A DNA stretch of 64,000 nucleotides from a virus. Taxonomy: Duplodnaviria; Caudoviricetes. Positions within the stretch are counted from its first letter, which is position 1; every line of letters starts with the position of its first letter. Shown here in pieces: positions 18,436-28,648 of this stretch. The position numbers were made by a program, and so were the translations under genes. The notes below the pieces were generated by a model. The model was given only the letters and a program-made list of their open reading frames with translations. It was not told where the DNA came from and ran no database searches. The stretch lies in the IMG/VR virus record IMGVR_UViG_2885360797_000005; one strand, written 5' to 3'.

Positions 18436-18472
18436 GCTACGAACATTTGTAGTCAAACTACTATATTATGTT

Positions 18473-19561
18473 ATGAATGACTTTGAAGAATATATAAGAC
18501 AAGGTGAGCCTCAAAAAAGAGAAAAAGGCTATGCTTGGCAAACAGCCATCGGATTGCAGGCGGTGGATGCCTTGAAGCCCTCGGAATATCTGATACAAAC
18601 GGCACGTCAGCATATTGAGGGCGATATAACTATCGAAGAAGCCAAACAGCTTATAGATAGTTATTATCAATCAAAGACCGTTAGAGCAGACATCGAAGAC
18701 AGAACAGAAGAAGCCGATAAGGTTTCAGCACGTATTGCCGAAATATTATCGGAGAAGACGTTTACATTTTCGCCCGTTGAGTATATCACCATTCATCGCC
18801 GCCTGTTCCAAGGCATCTATAAATTTGCAGGAAAGGTCAGGGATTACAATATCACCAAAAAGGAATGGGTGCTGAAAGGCGAAACTGTACTTTATGCCAG
18901 TGCCGACAGTATACGTGAAACGCTTGATTTCGATTTCATGCAGGAAAAGAATTTTAGCTATAAGGATTTGAACATCAATGATGCTATCACACACATCGCT
19001 AAGTTTATTTCCGGAGTTTGGCAGATTCACGCTTTCGGTGAGGGAAATACCCGTACAACGGCAGTGTTTACAATCAAATACCTGCGCACGTTTGGCTTCG
19101 ACATCAGCAATGAAGCGTTTGCCAATCACTCTTGGTATTTTCGTAACGCTTTGGTTCGAGCAAATTATAACAACTTGAGCAAAGGTATTTACGCTACCAC
19201 CGAATATATCGAAGCGTTCTTTAGAAACCTTATTCTTTCCGAGCATAACGAACTAAAGAACCGAGCAATGCTTGTGCAAGAACTTTCTGCCCAAGACATT
19301 CAAAGTGCAAACACGATAAAAGAAGTCTCTCCAAAGTGCAATATTTGCACTTTAAATTGCACTTTAGAAGAAATTGCCGTACTGAACTTCTTGCGAGAAC
19401 AGCCTAAAGCCACGCAAAAAGAAATTGCAGCGCATATAGGCAAATCTGAGAGAACAGTGAAGACCATTACCGTAAATTTGACCGAAAAAGGTATCATAGA
19501 GCGCAAAAATGGTAAAAGAAATGGCTTTTGGGAGATTATAACGAATGATTTAAACAGCTAA
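18473..19561 (+). CDS. Fic-domain protein with N-terminal VbhA-like antitoxin region and C-terminal HTH
   Basis: AIGLQAVDAL N-terminus, HAFGEGNTRTT Fic motif, ATQKEIAAHIGKSERTV HTH. Confidence 0.9.
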   Translation: MNDFEEYIRQGEPQKREKGYAWQTAIGLQAVDALKPSEYLIQTARQHIEGDITIEEAKQLIDSYYQSKTVRADIEDRTEEADKVSARIAEILSEKTFTFSPVEYITIHRRLFQGIYKFAGKVRDYNITKKEWVLKGETVLYASADSIRETLDFDFMQEKNFSYKDLNINDAITHIAKFISGVWQIHAFGEGNTRTTAVFTIKYLRTFGFDISNEAFANHSWYFRNALVRANYNNLSKGIYATTEYIEAFFRNLILSEHNELKNRAMLVQELSAQDIQSANTIKEVSPKCNICTLNCTLEEIAVLNFLREQPKATQKEIAAHIGKSERTVKTITVNLTEKGIIERKNGKRNGFWEIITNDLNS

Positions 19562-19592
19562 ATTCTCATTTATGGAACAGTGGAAAGAATAT
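19548..19592 (+). repeat. hsdS repeat B copy 1 (upstream stop + leader + MEQWKEY)
   Basis: 44/45 identical to 20761-20805. Confidence 0.92.
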
Positions 19593-20774
19593 CAATTAAA
19601 GGATGTAACCACCATTTTAGGTGATGGTTTACATGGAACTCCAGAATATGACGAAAATGGAACTGTGTTTTTCATCAATGGTAATAATCTTGTTGATGGG
19701 AAAATTGAGATAAAAGATTCAACAAAGCGTGTTTCAGAAGAAGAAGCTAATAAGTATAGGAAAAATCTAACCCAGCGAACTATATTCGTTTCTATCAATG
19801 GAACAATCGGCAATGTTGCAAAATATAAAGGAGAAGCATGTATTTTGGGCAAAAGTGCTTGTTACTTTAATGTGGCTGAAAATTTCGACTTGAATTTTAT
19901 ATATTATGTTGTAGCCTCGCAACAATTTAAAGATGCAATAACACGTTTAGCTACAGGTACTACAATTAAAAATGTATCATTGGAAACAATGAGGAATTAT
20001 TCATTTATGGCACCAAGCATAAATGAACAAAAACGCATCTCGTCTATCCTTTCTTCTCTCGACTCTAAAATTGAGCTGAACCGCCGGATAAATGATAATT
20101 TAGAGCAGCAGGCACAAGCGTTGTTCAAGGCTTGGTTCGTGGAATTTGAACCATTTGGAGGCACAATGCCAAGCAATTGGGAGATTTGCGAAGCTCAAAA
20201 ATACTTCAATATAAATATAGGGAAAACTCCTCCACGGAATGAAATGCGATGGTTTAGCCAAAAATCAACAGATTGTAAATGGGCCTCTATTTCAGATCTT
20301 GGCAAATGTGGACTTTTCATTAACGATACGTCTGAATATCTGACTAAGGATGCGGTAGAAACTTTTAATATAATCGTTGTGCCAAAAGGTACTATCTTGT
20401 TAAGTTTCAAACTCACGCTTGGACGAGTTTCAATAACAACTTGTCCACTTACAACAAATGAAGCTATTGCTCGATTCTTGATTAATCACGATTATGAACG
20501 AGAGTATTTGTATTTGCTTCTAAAGCAATTCGATTATACGTCTCTGGGTAATACATCATCTATTGCTACTGCTGTTAATTCTAAAATAATAAGAAGTATG
20601 CCGATAATGATGCCAACAGTTGATGTTCTACAGCGATTCCATCATATTGTTAGTCCTATTTTTACAAGAATGCGTTTTTTGTCGGATGAAATAATGCAGC
20701 TTACAGATACTCGTAACACAGTTCTCCCACAACTGATGTCGGGCGGGCTAAAAATTAACAATTTAAACTGCTAA
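19572..20774 (+). CDS. hsdS: Full-length type I specificity subunit (two TRDs)
   Basis: TRD1, EQKRISSILSSLDSKIELNRRINDNLEQQAQALFKAWF, TRD2, LPQLMSG. Confidence 0.95.
   Translation: MEQWKEYQLKDVTTILGDGLHGTPEYDENGTVFFINGNNLVDGKIEIKDSTKRVSEEEANKYRKNLTQRTIFVSINGTIGNVAKYKGEACILGKSACYFNVAENFDLNFIYYVVASQQFKDAITRLATGTTIKNVSLETMRNYSFMAPSINEQKRISSILSSLDSKIELNRRINDNLEQQAQALFKAWFVEFEPFGGTMPSNWEICEAQKYFNINIGKTPPRNEMRWFSQKSTDCKWASISDLGKCGLFINDTSEYLTKDAVETFNIIVVPKGTILLSFKLTLGRVSITTCPLTTNEAIARFLINHDYEREYLYLLLKQFDYTSLGNTSSIATAVNSKIIRSMPIMMPTVDVLQRFHHIVSPIFTRMRFLSDEIMQLTDTRNTVLPQLMSGGLKINNLNC
20059..20137 (+). repeat. hsdS repeat A site 2 (left arm + core + right arm)
   Basis: Left arm matches 21302-21345; right arm matches 17577-17624; core at 20090-20102. 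Confidence 0.9.
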
Positions 20775-20805
20775 ATTCTCATTTATGGAACAGTGGAAAG
20801 AATAT
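20761..20805 (+). repeat. hsdS repeat B copy 2
   Basis: ATTTAAACWGCTAAATTCTCATTTATGGAACAGTGGAAAGAATAT. Confidence 0.92.
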
Positions 20806-21366
20806 AAAATATCTGAAATAATAGAAGAAATCGCAATGGGGCCTTTTGGCTCAAATATCAAAGTCGATAACTTTATTGACTCTGGTATTCCTGTCCTTAA
20901 TGGCTCAAATTTGCAGGGTATCAAATTAAATGAGGATTCGTTTAACTACGTTTCTGAAGAAAAAGCGGATACTCTTGGTAGAGCTAATGCCTTCAGGGGA
21001 GATGTTGTTATTACCCATAGAGGTACATTGGGGCAAATAGTGTATATACCTCTTGATTCGAAGTATGAAAGATATGTTATATCGCAAAGTCAATTTAGAT
21101 TGAAACTCAATAAGGATATTATAAGACCGGATTTCTTTGTATATTTTTTTCACACACGTTTGGGGCAGCATAGATTGTTGGTGAATGCTTCTCAAGTGGG
21201 AGTACCTGCATTAGCAAGGCCAACTTCCACCTTTAAGGAAGTATTTATTCCCGTCCCACCAATGGAAATGCAAAATAAAGTAATGGGCGTACTCCATTCT
21301 ATCGACTCAAAAATCGAGCTGAACCGCCGTATAAATGATAATTTAATTCCAACCTATTATGCCTAA
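20785..21366 (+). CDS. hsdS: hsdS N-terminal half cassette (one TRD + half helix)
   Basis: MEQWKEY...MGPFGS...IDSKIELNRRINDNL then a stop; overlaps the hsdR start. Confidence 0.88.
   Translation: MEQWKEYKISEIIEEIAMGPFGSNIKVDNFIDSGIPVLNGSNLQGIKLNEDSFNYVSEEKADTLGRANAFRGDVVITHRGTLGQIVYIPLDSKYERYVISQSQFRLKLNKDIIRPDFFVYFFHTRLGQHRLLVNASQVGVPALARPTSTFKEVFIPVPPMEMQNKVMGVLHSIDSKIELNRRINDNLIPTYYA
21302..21345 (+). repeat. hsdS repeat A site 3 (left arm + core)
   Basis: 41/44 identical to 20059-20102; identity ends right after the core. Confidence 0.88.
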
Positions 21367-24300
21367 AACGTTCCATTTTACAGAAGATTCATACGAGCAG
21401 TCGATTATCTCCTTGTTCAAGGATATGGGCTATGAATATCATTATGGCCCGGAACTCGAATCCGATACCTGTCGAGAACTCACTGATGCTACCATACCGG
21501 GAGCATTACGCAAAGCAATGTTGATTATCAATGGAACAGACAAAACTGGAGCCGTTGACGAAGCTATCCGACAAATCCGTGAACTATTCAGCCAGCCTTT
21601 GGTTAGCGCAAACGTGACCCTTACCGACTGGTTACAAAATGGTTTGGACGTTACATTCAAAACCGGGCAAGGAACATTGCGCAGTGACCATATCAAAATA
21701 ATAGACCCTGTTAATATAGACAACAACTCATTTGTAGTTGCCAATCAATGGACGGTTGTAAACGGTAACTCCACCAAACGTGCTGACATCGTGGTGTTCG
21801 TCAATGGTCTGCCTGTCTCAGTCATTGAGTTAAAATCTCCTTCCCGTGAAGTTACCAATTCGGAGGAAGCACACCAACAGTTGCAGAACTATATGCGTAT
21901 CGTTCCACAACTCTTTACTGCTTGTCAAATGCTTGTGATAAGCGATATGGCTGATACTCGTGTGGGTACTATTACAGCCCCTCTTGACCGATATATGGAG
22001 TGGAAAACCACAGATGGAAGTTACGAAAGCACTGCATTTGCTGACTTTGAGACTTTTTTCAATGGCATCTTCACCAAACATCGCTTCATTGATATTATGT
22101 CAGATTTCACTCTTACAATGGGAGTGGATAAAAAAGTCCGTATACTTGCAGGCTACCATCAATATTTTGCCGTTAAGAAAGCTCTTGACTGCACAAAACA
22201 AGCCTTACAACGTAATGACGGTAAAATTGGTGTATTTTGGCACACACAAGGTTCTGGCAAGAGTCTTTCAATGGTATTCTATGCCCATCAACTTTTGAAA
22301 AATCTGCTGAGTGCCACCTTACTTGTATTGACCGACCGCCTCGATTTGAACGACCAACTGCATAACACTTTTGCGGCTTGTAGCGATTACTTACGCCAAA
22401 CGCCTATAAAGGCTACTGATGGCGAACACTTGTATGAACTGCTTGAAAAGCGTAAAAGTCATGGTATCATCTTTGCCAACATCCAAAAATTCAAAGACCG
22501 TGACAAACTGATTACCAATCGTTCTGATGTAATTGTGATTAGTGATGAAGCCCATCGTACACAATCAAACACAAGAACAAAGGTAGATACAGAAACCGGT
22601 GAACTAAAACTTGGCTTTGCGGCTATCGTACGTAAACTTTTGCCTCATGCTGCGTTCATCGGTTTTACAGGTACACCTATCGAGCAAGACGATAACGATA
22701 CAAGAGAAGTATTCGGCAACTATATTGACATCTACGACATGACCCAAGCCGTGGAAGACGGTGCCACTGTTCCTGTCTATTATGAAAGTCGCTTGTTAAA
22801 ATTGGATTTGGATGCCGATACGCTTAAATTGCTGGATAACGAGTATGAAAAGCTTGCGGAAGAAGGAGCAGAGGAACAGGACATCAAACGCTCCAAGGAT
22901 GAAAACGCACGTATTCATGCCCTACTCTCAGCACCACAAACTATCGATACCCTGTGTAAAGACATCATAGGTCACTACGAGAACAACCGTGCCGATTTGC
23001 TTACGGGCAAGGCTTTGATTGTGGCGATAGACCGTGCTACCGGAATTGATATTTACAAAAAGCTGATAGAACTTCGTCCTCAGTGGAAAGACATTATTTG
23101 TGTTGTCATGACACAAGGAAACCAAGATCCAGTGGAATGGAATGACATTATTGGCTCTGGCGCACGAAAAGAGGAACTGGCTCGTCAGTTCAAAGACAAC
23201 AATTCACCATTGAAAATCGCTATTGTCGTGGATATGTGGCTCACAGGTTTTGATGTACCTTCGCTTGCCACGATGTACGTTTACAAGCCCATGAAGGGGC
23301 ATAATCTGATGCAGGCTATTGCCAGGGTAAATCGTGTTTTCCCGGAAAAGAGCGGTGGTTTGGTGGTAGATTATATTGGCATAGCCAAGGCTCTTAAAAA
23401 AGCCATGCACGACTATACAGGACGTGACAAGAAACGCTTTGGTGACCCGAATATCAAGACTACCGCTTATCAGCAATTTGTTGCTGCACTAAAGCGTTGC
23501 CGTGAATGTATGGATGACTACGACTATTCAGCGTTTGCAGACTGTTCCAACTTGCAACGAGCCAATCTTATAAGAGGTGGTGTAAACGTGCTGCTTGACA
23601 AGAACAATCTTGTTTCCTCTCAACCTACCACCCAGACTGATGAAAACGGCAACATTATTTTAGTGGACTCCGTTCCTGCCGAAGCACAAAAGGTATTTAT
23701 GGAAGAAAGCAAACGTCTGGCACAAGCTGCATCGCTTTGTCGTAGCCTGCTGACTCCAGCGGAACGTTATGAAGAAGCATACTTTGAAGCGGTTAGGACA
23801 TTGCTTTTGCGCCTTACGGGAAACAAAAATATTACTCGAAAAATTATAGACGAGCGTATTACACAGTTGCTCAAAGTGGCTATCAAGGCTGACGGCGTGG
23901 TGGAAATACTCAGCACCAAAGGGACTGAATTTTCTCTTTTTGACGAGAATTTTTTGAAAGAGATTGCCGAGATGAAAGAGAAAAATTTTGCGCTCGAACT
24001 TCTCAAACGTTTACTTGAAGAACATATCAGGAAACATGCTAAAAAGAGAATGGTAGAAGCCGAAAAGTTTAGTGAAATGCTTGATGCCCGACTTGCCGAA
24101 TACTTGCGTGGCTTGATTTCCAACGAGGAGGTGATAAAAGAGTTGCTAAAAATGGCGCAGGAGCTGAAAGCGAATGCAGAGCAAGCATCAGAATTGGGAC
24201 TGACAGAAGAAGAACAAGCATTTTACGATGCTTTGACAAAACCACAAGCCGTAAGGGATTTCTACGAAAACGACCAACTTGTTGCGATGGCAAAGGAACT

Positions 24301-24484
24301 GACCGAAGCCTTACGCAGTAGCAAAACGATTGACTGGCGGCAGAAAGAGTCGGCTCGTGCCAAGATGCGCTCTATGGTGAAACGATTGCTCAAAAAGTAC
24401 AAATACCCACCAGAAGAACAAGAAGCTGCACTTGAAACAGTTATTCGTCAGTGTGAACTCTATGCAGATTCAGACGAAGTATAA
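21359..24484 (+). CDS. hsdR: Type I R-M restriction subunit
   Basis: D..VFVNGLP...IELK, HTQGSGKS, DEAHR, FTGTP, LTGFD, QAIARVNR. Confidence 0.97.
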   Translation: MPKTFHFTEDSYEQSIISLFKDMGYEYHYGPELESDTCRELTDATIPGALRKAMLIINGTDKTGAVDEAIRQIRELFSQPLVSANVTLTDWLQNGLDVTFKTGQGTLRSDHIKIIDPVNIDNNSFVVANQWTVVNGNSTKRADIVVFVNGLPVSVIELKSPSREVTNSEEAHQQLQNYMRIVPQLFTACQMLVISDMADTRVGTITAPLDRYMEWKTTDGSYESTAFADFETFFNGIFTKHRFIDIMSDFTLTMGVDKKVRILAGYHQYFAVKKALDCTKQALQRNDGKIGVFWHTQGSGKSLSMVFYAHQLLKNLLSATLLVLTDRLDLNDQLHNTFAACSDYLRQTPIKATDGEHLYELLEKRKSHGIIFANIQKFKDRDKLITNRSDVIVISDEAHRTQSNTRTKVDTETGELKLGFAAIVRKLLPHAAFIGFTGTPIEQDDNDTREVFGNYIDIYDMTQAVEDGATVPVYYESRLLKLDLDADTLKLLDNEYEKLAEEGAEEQDIKRSKDENARIHALLSAPQTIDTLCKDIIGHYENNRADLLTGKALIVAIDRATGIDIYKKLIELRPQWKDIICVVMTQGNQDPVEWNDIIGSGARKEELARQFKDNNSPLKIAIVVDMWLTGFDVPSLATMYVYKPMKGHNLMQAIARVNRVFPEKSGGLVVDYIGIAKALKKAMHDYTGRDKKRFGDPNIKTTAYQQFVAALKRCRECMDDYDYSAFADCSNLQRANLIRGGVNVLLDKNNLVSSQPTTQTDENGNIILVDSVPAEAQKVFMEESKRLAQAASLCRSLLTPAERYEEAYFEAVRTLLLRLTGNKNITRKIIDERITQLLKVAIKADGVVEILSTKGTEFSLFDENFLKEIAEMKEKNFALELLKRLLEEHIRKHAKKRMVEAEKFSEMLDARLAEYLRGLISNEEVIKELLKMAQELKANAEQASELGLTEEEQAFYDALTKPQAVRDFYENDQLVAMAKELTEALRSSKTIDWRQKESARAKMRSMVKRLLKKYKYPPEEQEAALETVIRQCELYADSDEV

Positions 24485-24499
24485 TCAAAATAGAATGGT

Positions 24500-26860
24500 A
24501 TGGAAGCTAAAGATAGAGAACAATTATATAACGATTTTCAAAAGGCATTCCCTCTAGAGAAATTGAAGGACATGACTTTGGAGCAATATACAAATTTGAA
24601 CAGGGAAGATTCATTTTGCTATTGGCTTGAATCAAAGACATCCGAATTAGGGTCAATATGGGGAGGTGCCGCCTATAAATTTGGTATATTCAAGTTCGAC
24701 AAATTTCCTAAGCAGGATAATGGGAAATATACACATGATGATAACTATTCTTGGAGTAGTCGTTTAGGCAGTACATCAGAAGAGGCATTTAACAATGTCA
24801 AGAATGCAATAGTGAAGATAGCTGAACACGCCAGTAATGCACAATGGAACGAAATTGAAAAGATAAACGAGTTGTGGCCTGTAACTACATGGAAGATTGC
24901 TTTCTTATATTCCAATATGTCCCTTGTCCCCATTTATAAACGGGATATGTTGGACACATTGGCAAGATATTTTAAGATAAACACCCTTAAAGGGAAAAAG
25001 ACATCTGACATACAGCAGTTCTTGATGAAGCAAAAAGGAGACAAAAACCTCTTTGTCTTCTATGGGGAACTTCTGAGTATTCTGGAAGCTGAAAATAAAA
25101 AGAAAACAGAAACAAAGCAGGAAATCAAATACTGGATTTGCGCACCGGGTGACCGTGCAAGTAAATGGGATTTATGCCAACAAGATAACATCATCAGTAT
25201 CGGATGGGACGAAATGGGCGATTATCGTCAATACCCATCTCTTGATGATGTAAAGAAACGTATGCAGACAATCTATGATAAGCCTGACGCATCATTTAAG
25301 AATGACAGTTTGGCCATTTGGCAATTCTGCAACGAAATGACCCCGGGAGATATAATATATGCCAAAGCCGGACAAAAGAAATTTGTCGGTCGTGGCATTG
25401 TGATGTCTGAATATATCTATAACGAAGATTATTCAGACTACATGAATGTCAGAAGGGTTAAATGGACGCATATTGGAGAATGGGAAGCTCCGCATAATAC
25501 AGTTCAAAAGACCCTGACTGACGTTACTCAATACACCAATTACGTTAGAACCTTGGAGGATATGTTTGAGGGTAAAGAATCCAGACGATATTGGTGGCTT
25601 GTGGCCAGTCCCAAAATATGGAGCTTTGACAAAATGAAAGTTGGTGAAGAACAAGATTATACGCTATATAATGATAATGGCAACCAACGACGGATATTTC
25701 AAAACTTTCTGGATGCTAAAGAAGGTGATTTGATAATAGGATATGAAGCCACTCCTACAAAGAAAATTGTAGCCTTAGCAGAAGTGTCAAAGGATACGGA
25801 TGACAAGTATTTCTATTTCAAAAAGACAGAAACATTGCTTTCTGCCATTGATTTCCTATCTATTAAGGAGAATCCTGTTTTTGCGGGGATGGAATTTTTC
25901 AAGAATATGAATGGTTCTTTATTCAAACTTTCCACAGATGAATACAAGGAACTGATGGATGTCATTCGGGAACAGAATCCAATTCGTACGGATGTAAAGT
26001 CGCAAAAGTATGAAAAAGAGAATTTCTTGTCTGACGTGTTCATGAACGAAGAGGAATACGACAAATTAACTATGCTTCTCAAAATGAAGAAGAATGTAAT
26101 TCTTCAAGGAGCACCCGGTGTGGGCAAGACTTATTCTGCCAAACGATTGGCTTATGCCCTAATGGGAGAAAAGGATGATTCCCGAATAGAATTTGTCCAG
26201 TTTCATCAGAACTACAGTTATGAAGATTTTATCATGGGCTACAAACCAAATGCAGAAGGAGGTTTTGAGTTGCGTAATGGTATTTTCTATAACTTCTGTA
26301 AGGTTGCTCAGAACAATCCAGAAAAGCAACATTTCTTTATTATTGATGAGATTAACCGTGGTAATCTGAGTAAAATCTTCGGAGAATTACTGATGCTGAT
26401 AGAAAGTGATTATCGCGATACAGAAATCAAATTGGCTTATAAGGACGAACTGTTTTCTGTCCCCAAAAATCTATACATCATCGGAATGATGAATACAGCT
26501 GATAGGAGTTTGGCTATGATAGACTACGCACTTCGTCGTCGTTTTAGCTTTTTCGAGATGAAACCCGGATTCGATTCTATAGGATTCATAAAGTACCAAA
26601 AAGAAGTTATAGGAGATACTTCTTTTGTTAAAGTCATAGATGGGATTAAGAACCTCAACGACACAATAGAAAAAGAGTTCGGAAGAGGATTCTGTATCGG
26701 GCACAGTTTTTTCTGTAAGCCTAATACAGAAACATATACCATTGCATGGCTGAAGAATGTGATAGAGTTTGACATTAAACCCATGATTCTTGAATATTGG
26801 TTCGACAATGAAAAGAAAGCCCAACAGGAGATTGACAAACTAACTCTTTTACTTCAATGA
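24500..26860 (+). CDS. mcrB: McrB-family GTPase with a long N-terminal region including two EVE/PUA-like domains
   Basis: GAPGVGKT, QFHQNYSYEDF, IDEINRGN, MNTADRS, ALRRRF, IGHSFF. Confidence 0.93.
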   Translation: MEAKDREQLYNDFQKAFPLEKLKDMTLEQYTNLNREDSFCYWLESKTSELGSIWGGAAYKFGIFKFDKFPKQDNGKYTHDDNYSWSSRLGSTSEEAFNNVKNAIVKIAEHASNAQWNEIEKINELWPVTTWKIAFLYSNMSLVPIYKRDMLDTLARYFKINTLKGKKTSDIQQFLMKQKGDKNLFVFYGELLSILEAENKKKTETKQEIKYWICAPGDRASKWDLCQQDNIISIGWDEMGDYRQYPSLDDVKKRMQTIYDKPDASFKNDSLAIWQFCNEMTPGDIIYAKAGQKKFVGRGIVMSEYIYNEDYSDYMNVRRVKWTHIGEWEAPHNTVQKTLTDVTQYTNYVRTLEDMFEGKESRRYWWLVASPKIWSFDKMKVGEEQDYTLYNDNGNQRRIFQNFLDAKEGDLIIGYEATPTKKIVALAEVSKDTDDKYFYFKKTETLLSAIDFLSIKENPVFAGMEFFKNMNGSLFKLSTDEYKELMDVIREQNPIRTDVKSQKYEKENFLSDVFMNEEEYDKLTMLLKMKKNVILQGAPGVGKTYSAKRLAYALMGEKDDSRIEFVQFHQNYSYEDFIMGYKPNAEGGFELRNGIFYNFCKVAQNNPEKQHFFIIDEINRGNLSKIFGELLMLIESDYRDTEIKLAYKDELFSVPKNLYIIGMMNTADRSLAMIDYALRRRFSFFEMKPGFDSIGFIKYQKEVIGDTSFVKVIDGIKNLNDTIEKEFGRGFCIGHSFFCKPNTETYTIAWLKNVIEFDIKPMILEYWFDNEKKAQQEIDKLTLLLQ

Positions 26861-27903
26861 GTGTGAATAAGAACATATTCATCAAGAATATCTACTATAT
26901 GTTGGCATACGCTTTCCAAGAGTTGCAACGTAATCAGTATGAAGATATTCAGAGTGAGGATTTCGACGAGATACATCAATTGCTTGCCGAAATTCTCATT
27001 CATGGTGTATCGTTTCAGTTAAAAAAAGGTCTGCACAAGGAGTACATTTCTAAAACTGAATCTATAGCATCAGTGAAAGGGAAAATAGATATACCGGGCA
27101 CTGTGCAGCACCTTATGCAGAGAAAAATGCGTATATCATGCCAGTATGATGAATTGTCAGAAAATTGTCTATTTAACCAAATCATTAAAACAACATGTGA
27201 GATACTTTTATCACATCCATCTGTAAAGACTAGCCAGAAATTTACGATTAAACGTCTAATGCTTTTCTTTTCAGAAGTGAATGAAATACCCCCTCTTTCT
27301 ATTAAGTGGAACTTGTTGCGTTATGATAGAAACAGTAGAACATATCAAATGTTGCATTATATCTGCTTCTTCATTATTGACAATATGATACTGACAAGCC
27401 AAGAAGGGAAATTCAAAATGAGTCGCTTTTCTGATGAGCATATGTGCAGATTATATGAAAAGTTTGTCTTAGAGTATTATCGAAAGGAACATCCCGAAAC
27501 AAAAGCCCGTGCAGCTCAAATCAAATGGAATATTGACGAACAGCTATCAACAACGGATATATTACCCATACTCCAAACAGACATCTATCTTACACTAAAA
27601 GATAGAACACTTATAATTGATACGAAGTATTATAGTCAAACTATGCAGGAGCATTTTGATAAGGTAAGTATTCACAGTGCTAACCTTAACCAAATACTTG
27701 TCTATGTTTTAAATGAAGATGATAATATGCAGGGGAAAGTAGATGGAATGCTGCTATATGCAAAGACAGATGAAGATATTGTACCTGATGGTCAATTAAA
27801 ATGGAAGACTGGTAGCACTATATATTTCAGGACACTTGACTTAGGTGTTGATTTTAAGTATATTCGCAAACAACTGGATGATTTTTTAATCACTAAATCA
27901 TAG
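26857..27903 (+). CDS. mcrC: McrC restriction nuclease subunit
   Basis: IKNIYYMLAYA, LYEKFV, TDI...IIDTKYY; ATGA overlap with mcrB. Confidence 0.92.
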   Translation: MSVNKNIFIKNIYYMLAYAFQELQRNQYEDIQSEDFDEIHQLLAEILIHGVSFQLKKGLHKEYISKTESIASVKGKIDIPGTVQHLMQRKMRISCQYDELSENCLFNQIIKTTCEILLSHPSVKTSQKFTIKRLMLFFSEVNEIPPLSIKWNLLRYDRNSRTYQMLHYICFFIIDNMILTSQEGKFKMSRFSDEHMCRLYEKFVLEYYRKEHPETKARAAQIKWNIDEQLSTTDILPILQTDIYLTLKDRTLIIDTKYYSQTMQEHFDKVSIHSANLNQILVYVLNEDDNMQGKVDGMLLYAKTDEDIVPDGQLKWKTGSTIYFRTLDLGVDFKYIRKQLDDFLITKS

Positions 27904-27928
27904 TTTTAGATGAAACCAACAATCCATA

Positions 27929-28603
27929 ATGAAGAATAAAATGTCAAGAGCACCCATCTTTACCATCAGCAGGCTCCGTATGGGGACAGACGGACATGGA
28001 GTAACCACGCTTGTCGCTTTCATGGGGTGCCCACTCAAATGCAAGTATTGCCTGAATGAGAAATGCCATGAGCCGATATACGAAGATGATGGAAAGACTC
28101 TGAGGAATGGTATTATGCTGCTTACTCCAAGTGAGTTGTATGATTTGGTAAAGATTGACAACATCTATTTTCAAGCAACAGACGGAGGCATTTGTTTTGG
28201 AGGTGGAGAACCGACATTATATCCAGAGTTTATTGAGGAATTCTGTGACCTTTGTAACGAAAAATGGAAGATTACAATAGAAACTTCGTTGCGCTGTTCC
28301 GGTGAAACTATCAGGAAATTAAGCAAGGCAATAGATTACTGGATTGTGGATGTCAAATCTTTAGATTCGGATACATATTCTTCATACACACGTGTATCAT
28401 CTATGATAGAACAGCATTTGACGATACTGAAACGATGCGTTACGGATAAACAAGCAACGATTAAAGTGCCTATCATTCCCGGATTCAATAACGAAAGTGA
28501 AGCAGATAGAACCGCCGAAGACATCAAAAAAAGGTTTAGGTTTACCAATGTAGTTAAGATTAGATATATAACAAAATATTGTTGTCCAACAAAAATTGAT
28601 TAA
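27929..28603 (+). CDS. Radical SAM protein (activating-enzyme-like, compact)
   Basis: TDGHG...F.GCPLKCKYCLN (CxxxCxxC), GGICFGGGEP, IETS, DVK, P.IPGFN. Confidence 0.9.
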   Translation: MKNKMSRAPIFTISRLRMGTDGHGVTTLVAFMGCPLKCKYCLNEKCHEPIYEDDGKTLRNGIMLLTPSELYDLVKIDNIYFQATDGGICFGGGEPTLYPEFIEEFCDLCNEKWKITIETSLRCSGETIRKLSKAIDYWIVDVKSLDSDTYSSYTRVSSMIEQHLTILKRCVTDKQATIKVPIIPGFNNESEADRTAEDIKKRFRFTNVVKIRYITKYCCPTKID

Positions 28604-28648
28604 TGAAATAACTCCAGTTGCAACATAGGTTTACAAAATAATAGAAAT

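Noticed and set aside
17521-21366. Invertible hsdS shufflon or simple hsdS pseudogenes
   Set aside because: No inverted cassettes or repeats; both halves break exactly at the same 13-bp core, unlike random decay
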